From: Chara braunii
Taxonomy: Eukaryota > Plantae > Charophyceae
Assembly: GCA_003427395.1 (NCBI GenBank)
Contig: BFEA01000011.1
Location: 4,179,532 to 4,243,531 of the forward strand
Direction: 5' to 3'
Length of the DNA: 64,000 nucleotides
The position numbers were made by a program, and so were the translations under genes. Shown piece by piece: positions 13,228-26,467 of the stretch (its first letter is position 1; every line of letters begins with the position of its first letter). The notes beneath the pieces were generated by a model that was not told the DNA's origin, did not search any database, and saw nothing but the letters and a program-made list of their open reading frames with translations.

Positions 13228-16200
13228 ACTACTTCTACAACTCCTAGTCACTTTCACACGTTCGACTTCTTTGTACTTCAGCTTCATTTTCAATAAAAAA
13301 TAAAATAAATTAAAATAGAAAATAATAGGAAATAAAAGGAAAAGCAGGAACAACCAAAAAACGAACATGTAAGTGATACTCGACTCTATCCAAGTGCCCA
13401 TTTGCGGCGCGAATTACTGTCGCAGTCAATTATAGTCACATGTTGTGTTTGCGTTGGTTCTCAGCCGCGTCCGTCAGTTACCGTTGTACATCACGATGAG
13501 TCATGTGCCAAGGCCAGCTAAGGCTGGTCCACTTGTACTGTGTGAGTGGATGTTGGCTCAGTGGAGTCGAAGTTTCAGCCGGTAGTCAGCTTCGACGCCG
13601 GATCAGTCCTGGCTGTACCATTTAACCACTTGGTGGGCCAACTCCTAGTAACCGTCCGATCTCCTTCCCACCTTTAAGACTGCAACGATAATAGCCTCCT
13701 TCCGATATCCCAATACTATGATTTCCCTGCATAAAGTGATAAGGCTAAGCCAGGCAACCCACTTCGTGTTTGTATTCTGTTTAATCAGCCAGATAGTTCC
13801 CGCCACTACAACCCATTTCTGGCGAGATTGTCTTCGAGGGCAGCGCAATCCTTGGTCGTTTTAAAGTGTTTGTCTCCCCCCTCCCAGATCGTATCCACGT
13901 TTTTTAACTCGTGGGTCATGTATACCCAGGCTGGTATGTCCGCGACAATCAGGTTCGTCTCCAAGAAGGATATAACCTCATTGTCACCATCCGTCCTTTC
14001 CAGGGTGAGGTCTTTGTGGTAGCAGCCCTGAATCTTATCCAATCTTCTCTGAGTCTCCTCTTCTTTACCTGATATCGAACCATTATATGAAGTTGCTTGT
14101 AGGACATCATCCATAAACCAATCCCCTTGGATCAGTTTCGAATCACCTCCTACTGATCTAAAAAAACGAGCTTCAACAAATACACACAGAATGCATGCCA
14201 GAACTGGGTTAGCCCTCCCCCCTATTGGGATCCTGACGTTTTGCCTCATCATCTGTCCTTTGGCCAGAAAATATATCTGCTTCAACTGGAAATTCACCAT
14301 CGTCCGTAATTGAGTCAGTCGGATCGACCGCCATCCGTAGTTGAGTCAATCGGAAATCCACCATGGTCCCCATGTGATTTTCCGAACGTGGCTTTCGTCC
14401 CACACATCTTTATTCGGACCCATCTGAAACATTGTTTGTGGAATATTTCGATCAGCCAGAACACAGCTGCTAGGAGTTTTTGGTGAGGAAATTTTGTAAA
14501 CATTTCTCTTATATCGTATGTCCTGAGAAGAATCCGATCATCCATCCCAAATTGTTTATGTGTTTTTTCGTTCATTCGTGGTAGGTTGAAGTCATCTTCC
14601 GTCAGATTCTTCAATAAGAAGTACAGTGATTTACAGAGACACCCAAACAGTAACCTTGCCGGGTTAGAAAAATTGAGAATTATAGGTCTTCGTTTTTTCA
14701 AGTCATTATCTTTCGGGATAATATATGTGGCTTGCATTTTTCCTTTCCTATCCCACTTTGCACTTTGCTTCAATTTTTTTTCTATATAATCCTTCCTCGT
14801 CTTTTCACTTTTCTCATAGTTGTCGTTACTGTTAAACATCAGTTTCATACCGTTCGAGTATCTAACTGGGCATTCGACAATCGTTTCGCCACTGTTTTTA
14901 TCAGCAGGGGAAAAACACCAAACCATCAAGTGCCTTCTTGATCCCATATACGTATTCGATGGCGAATGCTCCCGCCTCACAAGCGTGCCCCCCCCGATCG
15001 ATTAGGTGCATATGTATACACAGTGGATCATGGTTGTGGATCAAACCCATGACCTTCAATGGCATAATTGCCTCAATACAGACCTTGCTGACATCAATCC
15101 TACTTTCCAGTCCTCCCGCTACTGGAGAGCTCCAAGCGTTGCAGAGAAACTCTGAAACATTGACAAGCTCACAGAGTCGCACTCTAACATGCCCATTGCA
15201 TTTGGGGAGATCGAAGTCCATGCAAGGAGAGTCAGTTGACTGTTGCTTTGCGTAGATCTTCAGGTTGTGCAGGATGTCAGCTATGGTGGGAGATTTCTCT
15301 CAGGCTTCTCTGACCAGCTGTTGTAGGATACTGCCTATGTCTTGTGCTGAACCATCTGTCCCACCTTGTCACTAAGCAACATTTTGACCTTAGATCTATT
15401 CACAGCTGGATTGTATGGGATTTTTGCAGTTAGCCAAATTCTTGGATTCATCCCAAATCAGTTTTTCAGTGTTCTTGTGAGGATACCTCGAGTGACCTGC
15501 CTATCTCTCTGCAGGGTTAACGATTTTACAACAGTCTTCATGTCCAACAATTCATCAAGCGATTTTTTCATGAGCTCCCTTCTTTTCCATGGTACCCGAA
15601 GTAGTGCAACGACTTCCGCCTTAGTCCTTTCCCGTTTCCCTTTCATTCGTTTTATATCCCATAGTAGCCAGCCCCCCCCTCTCTTGGATCATTTCCTTCG
15701 CATCCTTCAAGAGCATTCTTTTTCCTTCTTTCTCGATTAAACAGTACCCAAAAACCATTTTGATCAGCCTCCCAGCTTTCAGCCATAAACTCCCCTTATT
15801 GTTTTCAATCCAGACCTGCTTCTTCTTATCTTTGTTAAGCTTCCCTATCACTTTCACAAAATCCGGTTCACGACTCGTACATTCAGATTGGCAGCTGAAA
15901 ATCAGAGGTTCCTTTAGATTAGCATCCCCATTCTCAGTCTTACCTGATCTTTTTCTTAATCTCCTCGGTCTTTGTTCCTTCTTGATCCTGCCATTCAACC
16001 GGGGATTTAAGGTCTTGAATCTTGATGATTTCCTTTCCAGTCGCCCGAATTTCCTTTTCCCCATCACCAAACCAAATTGGTATGACCACGTATTAGGAGT
16101 TTCCAAATTTTCTGTGCCAGTTGTGAACCTCTTGCCTACTTTTTCCATTAGAGGCGTAAATGTGTTCTTTCCATCGTTTTTTAAGATCCCTTTTTGTCAT

Positions 16201-18891
16201 ACCAAAACAGGTCAGCTTGCAAAAAGGGGAGATAATAAGATACACACAACAGGAAGCAAAACCATTCACTAGTGAGTCTAACTCGAGGTTACTCATTCCG
16301 TTCCAAAGTTGCAATACGACCCTCCCCATTTTATCTTCCCGTTAAGGCAACAAAACAAGACAATCAATCGTCCAATACACGTGGCTAGTTGTTCGTCAAT
16401 AATCCTTTCCTCACAAAGTCTTTGCACGCGTGTAAACAGCCGACGAAGGGATATGAGAGATCACAGTTCTAGTTCCCCTGAATGTCTTGCTCCTTGTCAT
16501 TAGAGGTCGCACTATCCTCCGACATCACCACTTTGTTGACACCATTCTCCTCCATTTCCCGTAGACATCTCATGTATTCTTCCAAATCAAGGCAAACCAG
16601 CTCCATAACTCTTAGTCCCTTCCTTGGCCAGCTCCATAACTCTTAGTTCCTCTCCATGCATAGTGCTAGCTATGATCTGGGTGTAATGCATTGAGCTGTA
16701 ATTTTCCACCCGGTTCTTCATAGACCCCGCTAGTCCCAACTCATCCCTATCATCCGTGAAGACCTCACCTTCGGTTTATTCCTTCCCCTCCTCCACCTTA
16801 TCGTCCCCCTTCTCGCTGCATTCCCCCCTCTCTTCACAACCCGTTCTCTTTCGAGATGGATTTATCGTTGTCGTGGCCATCTTGGTCTGACCCAGCCTGG
16901 TCACAAACTGCTTCAATAGGTCTTTGATCTCTGTCATGTCGCCCGAAGCCTTTTCCTTCCTTTTGTCTTTCGCATCCTCGAAGTTGCTTGTCAAATTCCC
17001 TCACCCCCTCCTAATCAGTTCAACCCTGTCATCTTCTTCGTCAGAAGAGATAAGGACTCTTCTGGTAGAAGCCTTCTGAGTTCTCACTGCAAACTTCACG
17101 TGGATCCGGCCCACTTTAGGAAATGTGGTCGGAGTTGTTGGCAGTTTCTTCCTCTTCTCGTTACTTGATACCTCTTGAGCTCTTGTAGTTCCTTCTCAGC
17201 GAAGGGGCGTTTTAATTCCTCCTCTTCTTGAGACAATTTCGATTTTCGGTCCACATCTTCCAGTTTCGCCGATAGTAGTTTCAGGGATGCTCCAAAGGTT
17301 TTTGTAACCCAGTTCTTCATCGCGTCCTCCATGTCCTCGACCTTCTTCGCTCCGATTTCTAAAACCCGCTTGCAAGGCCTCGATCCCAGTGATATTAAGT
17401 TAACCGCCAGGATTGAGGCTTTGGGGGTTGGGTTGCTCCATCTATTGGTGGGGAGCGGCACCTACTGGAAACCGGGTCCAGCGTCCCTTAGAAACAACAA
17501 TTGGATACAATGTCAGGGCTGTGGCCATCTATGCTTCTATTGTAGAGCACCCTCTATCCCGTGGAGCTGCTGATCAACCCTTCCTTTCTGGGTCTCCTAA
17601 CTCAACACTGCAGTCTCATCGGATTTGTTACCCCCCTAGGCGCAACGGCTTCCACCCTTGCGGCGACGAGACGTGGCCTATCCTCGGACTACATGGATCA
17701 ATCCGTCATTCCTGGCTCGTCTCCCCACGTCCTTCAGTCGTCGTTCTACTATACTTAATTTTAAGTACTTTTCTACGTTCTACTCAGCAAAATCCCTGCA
17801 GGCAATAGCTTAATCAGCACGTTTCCAGACACTGCGCAATTGGAGCGGCCTCATCTTCCTCTCACCGCCCGTGCTTGAGAATCACTGTAGATGCTCCGCC
17901 CTTAGATTTTCCCGTCGATGTAGATCCTATGCAGCCGAACGCCTTCTTTGCAGCCTTGACAGAAGAGCAAGTGAAGTTATGAAGAAGTTTACCGCTCATA
18001 CGATTTCCACTTCAAAGATTTACAAGGTTCATGAAGATATGGAGGATTTAAAAGATTCAAAAGATTTTTAGAAAGCATTCAGAAGTTTTTTTCTTTTTTT
18101 TTAACTCAGAAGTACGCATGAGAGGACCTCACGGCACCGACCAATCGTTCCTAAGCGGGTGCAAGGTCGATCGAATCGGCTATATGTGCAATATAACACT
18201 ACTTCTACAACTCCTAGCCACTTTCACGCGCTCGGCTGCTCTATACTTGAGCTCCATTTTCAATAAAAATAAATAAATAAAGTTAAGATAGGAAATATAT
18301 AGGAAATAAGAGGGAAAGCAGGAACAACGGAAAAACGGACAGGTAAGTGACGCTCGACTCTATCCAAGTGCCCATTTGCGGCGCAAATTACTGCCGCAGT
18401 CAATTTTAGTCACCTGATGTGTTTGCGCTGGTTCTCGGCCGCGTCCTTCAGTTAACGTTGTATCTCGCGATCAGTCCTGTGCCAAGGCCAGCTACGGCTG
18501 GTCCGCTTGTACTGTGTCAGTGGATGTTGGCTCAGTGGAGTCGAAGTTTCGGCTGGTGGTCAGCTTCGACGCCGGATCAGTCCTGGCTGTACCATATTTA
18601 CCAGTTGGTGGGCCAACTTCTCCCAGTAACCGCCTGATCTCCTTCCCACCTTCAAGACCGCAGCTGCGGCGCAGCAATAAAAGCCCCCTTTGAATATCCC
18701 AATATTCTGATTTCCGTGCATAAAGTGAGAAGGCTCAGCCAGGGAGCCCACTTTGTGTTCGTGTTCGTGTTTGGTTTAATCGGCCAGATAGTTCCCGCCA
18801 CTACAACCCATTTCTGGCTCTTGTATCCGAGGCCAGCGTAATCCTTGATCGTTTTGAAGTGTCTGTCTCCGCCCTCCCAGATCGTATCCAC
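13228..18891 (-). mobile_element. Degenerate Penelope-like element with N-terminal GIY-YIG (Chlamys/Naiad-type order) and pseudo-LTRs
   Basis: GIY-YIG-like CVYLIISPFCKLTCFGMTKRDLKKRWKEH near 16160-16250 lies upstream of PLE-type RT motifs (K..DLKKRRPII, YDIREMFT, Q..IPIGG, FMDDVL, SFLE). The 3' ~670 nt is duplicated at the 5' end (13228-13898 vs 18198-18891). Confidence 0.8.
17434..17489 (-). ncRNA. Family X core inserted in the Penelope-like element
   Basis: ctccatctattggtggggagcggcacctactggaaaccgggtccagcgtccc. Confidence 0.6.
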
Positions 18892-19029
18892 ATAACAGAA
18901 TAGATGCCATGCTCATAGACGCAGATTCGTATCTTTGGGGAAGATGGTGGTGGGCCAAGATAGACATTGTCAATGAAAATTAGATATTTGCATCAATCCA
19001 TGCACCCCAAGTGACCCCCTGGAACGTCT

Positions 19030-19800
19030 CCAATTTTTTTGAACCCTGTCGTTACGCCTGCCAAATGAGGCGAGGATGATCTCGCAGGAGATTGGAATCA
19101 AGTGCTTTCTCCATGCTTAGATTCCTGAAAGATGATGGACAACAAAGAGACAGAACATATCTCCCCTGAAATGGTCACAAGCCTCGGGTTTTAGGGGTGT
19201 CTAAGGGGAAAGACACCCTAGATCCGCAGGCTACACTTGGTTTGGAAATGCAGTCAAAGCAGCAAATGTCAAAAGGAGATCAGACTACTTTTTAGCCTCG
19301 CTCGGAGTATGCGGCCACACTAGTTGGTCAGGTCAGTGAGCAAGGCGCCCCTATGTCGGATCACAAGCCTGTCGGGATGGATGTGATGGCAGGGGAGGAA
19401 CTACGTTGTGGCCCACGTCTTTTTTCAAATTAAATACTGCAAATTTGGCAGTCGACGGATGTATTCGTTGGGTAGATACTTATGGCAAGACTGGCGCCAG
19501 ACAGCAATGCACTTTGAATCGAAAGCCGAATGGATGGACGCAGGACTCCGGATAATCTCACACAAGTTCGACCACACTCGATCATCGAAACCCTCGAAAG
19601 AAAAAAAGGGAAGAAAGAGAACTACGGCGAAGAGTGGAAGAAGCAGAGAGTAGAATGTCAGGACACCCAAAATCTCTGAGCAGGCCTGGTCTAAAGAACG
19701 GAATCTCAAACTCAAGGTGTGGGATTCATTTCATACGGAAAAGGATAGGAGATGGAAGCAACTTTAGTCTCTAGCAGAAAAGGGAGCCATCACATCAGAC
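19030..19800 (+). mobile_element. L1-like fragment (APE C-terminus and linker)
   Basis: Degenerate TWFG...RR.DYFL...SDHKPV...G.RLF series. Confidence 0.65.
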
Positions 19801-21493
19801 AGACTGGCCAGGGATCAGGGATGGAAGCAACTTCCAGCGAATTTTGCACGACAGCACATTTTTGCCTTGGGGTTCTATGCTCCTTTGGTCCTTAATTTTT
19901 TAACCATCCATTATTTTACTGGTGTCCACTCTATGGTAATTTTTTAACCATCCATTATTTTACTGGTGTCCACTCTATGGACAAGTGGTTAACTGGGACC
20001 CCCACTTTTCAGGCCCATGCTGATCTCCCAAGCACTGAATGGTGCATTTGGAGATAACTCTTTTCAGAGCAAATTTTGCTCGACAACACGTGTTTGCTCT
20101 ATGCTCCTTTGGCCCTTTTTAATTTATTTTTTCCAAATTTCCACTGTTTTATTGGCGTCCACTCTTTGGACTGGTGACAAGTTTGGTAAACCGCCAGTCC
20201 CTCCTACATCAAGAAATTTGGGGGAACCAGTAGCAAAGTTCGCAGCCAAAAGGCTGCGCTTAGTGCCATTGTCTTTTTGTCGTTGTCGTCGACTGCAATG
20301 AAGCTCTGGCGGGGTCTTTTCGGGCTTTCGAAATTCACGTGGAAGGCTGTGGTCGCCCGCAAGTCTAAGACCGGTAGGCTGGGTAGGTCGTGCGTGTCCA
20401 TTGCGGTCCGCGTCCACTGTTTCCTCTTTGGGAGGAAGGGCGGACGAGATAGCAGGGCGGGAGGGGATGCGAGGGGGTTGTCTGTTCTTTTCTTTTTCGC
20501 TTTTTTATTTTTTTCCCTTTTTGTCCTTTCGCAGAAGGGCGTCGCTGGGAACTTGGGAATGCACCTGCTCCAGAAGGCAACCAAGGGCGTCGCTGCACTG
20601 CACACGAAACGAAAAACGAAACGAGTGCGTCTTCCTGCAGAAAATGGCCAGGTTCGTGGGTTTGCTTTAAATAGTAACGAGTGTACTCTTCCACCTTTCA
20701 TGGGCAGATGCACTCTTTTCGTTTTTGATTGGTGTGCGCCCCAAATAAGTTGAACTGATACCACGCGGGAAAAAAAAAAAAAAAAAAAAAAGATACCACG
20801 CGGGAGGGNNNNNNNNNNNNNNNNNNNNNNNNNNNNNNNNNNNNNNNNNNNNNNNNNNNNNNNNNNNNNNNNNNNNNNNNNNNNNNNNNNNNNNNNNNNN
20901 NNNNNNNNNNNNNNNNNNNNNNNNNNNNNNNNNNNNNNNNNNNNNNNNNNNNNNNNNNNNNNNNNNNNNNNNNNNNNNNNNNNNNNNNNNNNNNNNNNNN
21001 NNNNNNNNNNNNNNNNNNNNNNNNNNNNNNNNNNNNNNNNNNNNNNNNNNNNNNNNNNNNNNNNNNNNNNNNNNNNNNNNNNNNNNNNNNNNNNNNNNNN
21101 NNNNNNNNNNNNNNNNNNNNNNNNNNNNNNNNNNNNNNNNNNNNNNNNNNNNNNNNNNNNNNNNNNNNNNNNNNNNNNNNNNNNNNNNNNNNNNNNNNNN
21201 NNNNNNNNNNNNNNNNNNNNNNNNNNNNNNNNNNNNNNNNNNNNNNNNNNNNNNNNNNNNNNNNNNNNNNNNNNNNNNNNNNNNNNNNNNNNNNNNNNNN
21301 NNNNNNNNNNNNNNNNNNNNNNNNNNNNNNNNNNNNNNNNNNNNNNNNNNNNNNNNNNNNNNNNNNNNNNNNNNNNNNNNNNNNNNNNNNNNNNNNNNNN
21401 NNNNNNNNNNNNNNNNNNNNNNNNNNNNNNNNNNNNNNNNNNNNNNNNNNNNNNNNNNNNNNNNNNNNNNNNNNNNNNNNNNNNNNNNNAATC

Positions 21494-22121
21494 ATGAAGG
21501 GGGAAATTGGTGAAGTATCCGGTGTGCCGATGGAGCACTTGAGGAGGAGGGTGGTGATATTCCAGCCGGCGAAAGTCGTCACTCGATCTGGATCGTCCAA
21601 GTGGAACAAGTGGAGGATCACCTTTCTCTCAACGAAGAAGTGGGAGAACCCGTTGATGGGATGGACGTCTACATCGGACCCATTGGCAAATGTGGGGGAG
21701 GCCGGGTTATCCTTTGACAGCAAGGAGTCCGCCATGCAATTTGCAGAGAAACATGGATGGGATTTCGAGGTCCAGGAGCCCAAGCAGCCAGTGAAGACAC
21801 CCATTCCTATGCCGAGAATTTCAAGTGGAGGGGTCCTGTACCACAGAATTGAGCGGAACGTCGCGCAGGCAAATCTGATGCCTGCATGTTTGTGTAAATC
21901 CATAAACCTGTTAGAATGATGCCTATCGTAGTTGACGATGGATGTAATCTATATGTAATCTACCTACGACTGTAGATTATGTGAATTGTTCATCCATCGC
22001 TTAAGGCATCACTTTAGCTGCTCAACACAAATGGTACATGCTACATTATACTAATCAATCAATCCAGTGAGAAGCTGTTTTTCTTTGAGTGATTAAAAAA
22101 AAATATAAAAAATATAAAAAA
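21494..22121 (+). pseudogene. NDUFS4: Probable processed pseudogene of mitochondrial complex I 18 kDa subunit (NDUFS4/FRO1)
   Basis: Contains [15 protein letters not shown] and intronless coding sequence. A frameshift near 21800 puts the conserved [10 protein letters not shown] (21805 on, stop 21850-21852) in another frame. A-rich tail at 22094-22121; the 5' end is hidden by a gap. Confidence 0.8.
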
Positions 22122-23793
22122 TTACGTGCGCTACCAACTGAGCTAGGCCCTCTGCAAAGCAACCAACAACATCAACCAACGTCTTGCCAACGCTGACTTG
22201 GGGGGCCAACGGGTTATCTCTAGCGTGTAGAACACCAAGCTTCCCCAGGCACGTACGTGAGGTCATTGGGGATTGAACCCCACGACCTCCTGAATGCAAC
22301 TTCTGCGCCTTACCTCACCAGTATGTGCTTGTGCTCTACTCCACTGCGCTGTGGATGTACCTGGTCCAAAACGGAGTTCGGATACACTCATAACTCATAT
22401 TCTGCGTTCCGTGCTCGACTCCACAGCGCAGTGCATGTATCTATCCCAAAACAAGTTCGGATGCGTGTCGGACCTGCCCACGGTCATTTGCGGATGCGTC
22501 CACGGTTGTGGAGACAGCTTGGAGATGGGGGAGACGAACACTCGCCATGCATCTGGGAAGAAAACTGATAACTATTCATGGGGTTGCCTTTCCATGCCCA
22601 CGTCTGAACTGTTCATGGGGTTGCCTTTCCATGCCCGCATCTGAACTGTCGAAAAGCGGCGCAGCGGACGCTCCATGGCCAGCTGCTCCTGCAAACGGCT
22701 GCTTACATGGGCGCCATCGCCATGGTGCACTGGGTGCAGTGACAACATGTGCTGCAGTTTCTGACCGCACCAGTGCCATGGCTTTCTTCTGTTCCTGCTA
22801 TTTGTTCCTTTTGTTGGAAACTATGAGGACGTCACAAAAATGAGTTACAATTGCAGAATGGGCCATGATACAGTTTGCAATTCCAGTTCGGGCAATGTAT
22901 ACAACCCAGCTTTCTGGCCAGGTAGGGTGCCCGAAGTGCAATTGCAAACTGTATCTTGCCCCTTTTTTTCTCTCTTCCTTCTTGAAGTGATATTCATGTA
23001 TATTCCTCCTCTCATCGTTCCCATACGTCCGCATTTCCAAGTACTCTATACACGCCTTGCAAGATGGGTGGCGGCCATGAGAATTCCCATTGTCCGTGCT
23101 CGTCACTCATCTTTCACAGAAAATGCAAATGTATCCGGACTGGTATATAGGGAATGTACATCGCGTTTGGGAACTCATTCATGTCGAGCGTGATGAAACA
23201 GATAAGCCATCGCTCTGCTTTCCTTGGCATGTGCAGATTGTGTCCTGGCAGAGTATGTGTCTCTGTCCAGACCGTGGATGCAAGACAATTTTTTCTTTTT
23301 TCTTTTTTTTCCCTACCATCAGCTCTACGAGCAAGACAGCCCCTTGGCATGACTCGTGCTGGAGGGATGAAGCTGAAGGATTGGCTGCTGCGGGGATGAA
23401 AGAGCAGACAGCGTAGTGGAGGTGTTGGTGTCAGGCAGCATGCTGCAGGGATGGATTCGGGAATAGCACGGCACTGTCCGCACATCAGATGTTGACGTGT
23501 GGAGGGAGTAGAGGGGTGCATGGAGATGACGGGATTCACCATGACGCTCGCTTTTTTTTTTTTTTCCCTTCTTCTTTTACTTGCCAATATTCTAGAAAGC
23601 ATCGTGGGGAGTCGAAGGGCAGTGGGAAGCTCATTGCATCAGCGTATCCCGTGGGAAGCTCGTTTCATCAGTGGTCATCAGTGGGAAGCTCGTTTCATCA
23701 GTCATCGGTGGATTCAGCAGTAGAGGCTTCCTGGCAGTGAGAAGGTCGTTGCACCTTCACGCCTCCGAAGCTGTAGCTTATTGCTCTATAAGT

Positions 23794-23861
<68 letters not shown>

Positions 23862-25309
23862 NNNNNNNNNNNNNNNNNNNNNNNNNNNNNNNNNNNNNNN
23901 NNNNNNNNNNNNNNNNNNNNNNNNNNNNNNNNNNNNNNNNNNNNNNNNNNNNNNNNNNNNNNNNNNNNNNNNNNNNNNNNNNNNNNNNNNNNNNNNNNNN
24001 NNNNNNNNNNNNNNNNNNNNNNNNNNNNNNNNNNNNNNNNNNNNNNNNNNNNNNNNNNNNNNNNNNNNNNNNNNNNNNNNNNNNNNNNNNNNNNNNNNNN
24101 NNNNNNNNNNNNNNNNNNNNNNNNNNNNNNNNNNNNNNNNNNNNNNNNNNNNNNNNNNNNNNNNNNNNNNNNNNNNNNNNNNNNNNNNNNNNNNNNNNNN
24201 NNNNNNNNNNNNNNNNNNNNNNNNNNNNNNNNNNNNNNNNNNNNNNNNNNNNNNNNNNNNNNNNNNNNNNNNNNNNNNNNNNNNNNNNNNNNNNNNNNNN
24301 NNNNNNNNNNNNNNNNNNNNNNNNNNNNNNNNNNNNNNNNNNNNNNNNNNNNNNNNNNNNNNNNNNNNNNNNNNNNNNNNNNNNNNNNNNNNNNNNNNNN
24401 NNNNNNNNNNNNNNNNNNNNNNNNNNNNNNNNNNNNNNNNNNNNNNNNNNNNNNNNNNNNNNNNNNNNNNNNNNNNNNNNNNNNNNNNNNNNNNNNNNNN
24501 NGCTCTATTGGCAAACACCGTGCAAGGAGCTACATCTGAAGCCTTTCCCGTTGATGCCAAGCGGCCGCAAATCCCAGAGGCAAAAAAAAAAAAAAAGACA
24601 GCTGCAGAATTGTGGTTGGTATCGTGTGACTGCCCATCCCATAGTGTGGCGGCCTCAGCCATGTCTTTTCCGTATTGGGGACACGGTGTGACCTGGGCCA
24701 CCACTGAAACCCCAAATTGGGCCTCCGCAATTTCTCATAAATTGGGGATCTGGTATCGCAGTCTAAGCGTGCCCTCAGGCCGGACCTGCGTGCACGCGGG
24801 GCCGTGACCCATTACCGGCGGTTTAGTTTATGTTTCGTGTATTTTCCAACGTGGTCACACTAGGGCCGTCAGATTTTCAGGTCTGATGGCAAAGAGCCGT
24901 GCACACTCGAAACCCGAACAAAACCTCGAGAGGGAAGTGATTTGTCACTTTAACATTGCAACAGACCCGGGTGGCCGTATACGCCCGGTCACCTCTGGCC
25001 GTCGATCTTTGTACGCATACTGAACGACTAGATAACACTTTCTTTCCTAACTAGAAACAAGACCGCACAACCGCACGACCCTCTACCACGACCGCAACCA
25101 CACCGCCCGCATGACCGGTCGGTCCCCTTTCACCGTCGGCCTTTATTGCATGCAACGACGCCCGAGTCACTGGCTGCCGCTGCCAGCAATCACCGCAGGG
25201 GCCAAGTCCCACGAGCAGCGTGCAGTGTCCTCGAAGGCTGAATCTGGACGTGTTTGTGGAGATGCGCGGTTGAGGAAGGTTTTTGCTTTTTTTTTTGCTT
25301 TTTCGTTTC

Positions 25310-25470
25310 TGCATGCATCTACCCGCAACTCCATCCACCAGCAGAAACCTGCATACTACCCGCAACTCCGTCCACCCCAACTCCATCCACCCCCAGAAAC
25401 CTGCATACTACCCGCAACTCCGTCCACNCCCAGAATTCTGCATACTACCCGCAACTCCGTCCACCCCCAG
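25310..25470. repeat. Minisatellite (ctgcatactacccgcaactccgtccacccccagaaa), about 4 units
   Basis: Direct reading; one unit borders a single N. Confidence 0.75.
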
Positions 25471-26121
25471 ACAACATGCGCCCTACGGTAGCCCGACGAA
25501 TCTGGCAGACGTTACGGCTAATGCAGCCACAGAAATCCCTTCCCTGCTAACCACGGGCCGTGATGCACACTGCTTGTGCAGTGTGCAGCCACATCAAACG
25601 TCAAACTTTCCTATACCTGAAACCCTCCAACGACCTCCACCTCCCCGCTCTTCACCGCATGACCACGCCACCCTCTCCCGACCGCAGCCACGTTACGTGA
25701 GGAAACGACCGGTCGGTCTCCTGTTGGCGACCACAACCCTATTTTGCATGCAACGACTCCTTGTATACCCCTCTAAGGCGTACTAAGCGGTCGACGACAT
25801 TCCCCATATGGAATGCGATAGCTAGACGACAAAAGACATCAGTGTATACACAGCCATCCTGGCTGTAAGCCCTTCCCTCCTCCTCTCTGTGGTGGGCGAA
25901 GTCATTTGGTGGGATCGTCAACAAATGTCCTGTGGTATCTGCCTTTTCCTTGGCACGGCCCAAAACGTCCTTATTGCTGTCCCTTTTTTTTCTCTCCCCC
26001 TTCCCCCACGAAATGCCTCCTCGCTCCTTACGCGTCACCCTTCCGCCCCTTGGCTGCGCTACCGCGCCAGGCGCGGTCTATCAGTNTGGCTGCGCTACCG
26101 CGCCAGGCGCGGTCTATCAGT

Positions 26122-26157
<36 letters not shown>

Positions 26158-26161
<4 letters not shown>

Positions 26162-26225
26162 CTCTGGAGAGGCTCGATCTATTGGTGGGGAGCATCACCT
26201 GCTAAAAAACGGGTCCAGCGTCCGA
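26158..26225 (-). ncRNA. Family X short retrocopy with long poly(A)
   Basis: Core followed directly by a ~35-nt A tail. Confidence 0.6.
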
Positions 26226-26288
26226 TATACAGAGAAAGAAAATGTCTGAGAATAGTGAGAATAGCCAATGTGGGACCTGCCAGCATCG

Positions 26289-26467
26289 GTCCTTCGGGAC
26301 ATCCGTTAAAATTGGAACGATACAGAGAAGATTATTTTTTATTTTTTTATTTTTTTGTGTGGTCCGATGGACCACGGATCAGATATTAAACTGATCAGAA
26401 CAGATACTACACTTGATCTTAGCCAAACGGCCGAGAAATTAGCATGGCCCCTGCGCAAGGATGACAC
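26289..26467 (+). pseudogene. U6: U6 snRNA retrocopy interrupted by a U2 retrocopy
   Basis: GTCCTTCGGGACATCCGTTAAAATTGGAACGATACAGAGAAGATTA...GCATGGCCCCTGCGCAAGGATGACAC, then an A-rich tail. 14-bp TSD ggacctgccagcat at 26273-26286 and 26496-26509. Confidence 0.93.
26335..26437 (-). pseudogene. U2: U2 snRNA retrocopy nested in U6
   Basis: Antisense U2 nt ~6-88 plus A-rich tail (T-run on +); atta is duplicated at the junctions. Confidence 0.92.

Noticed and set aside
17810-17860. Possible hammerhead ribozyme in the Penelope-like element (gatgag...gaaacgt on the minus strand)
   Set aside because: The CUGA core is absent and the stems are unconvincing; a family consensus is needed.
23636-23710. 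ctgatga/gaaac motifs on the minus strand resembling a hammerhead
   Set aside because: Explained by a short tandem repeat; no proper stem II.
23671-24807. Long ORFs spanning N gaps or (GA)n/(CT)n tracts (poly-ER, poly-SL, poly-X)
   Set aside because: These are artefacts of gaps and microsatellites; the same applies to similar ORFs throughout the window.
25310-25470. CRISPR-like regular repeats
   Set aside because: No unique spacers and no cas genes, in a eukaryotic context; it is a minisatellite.
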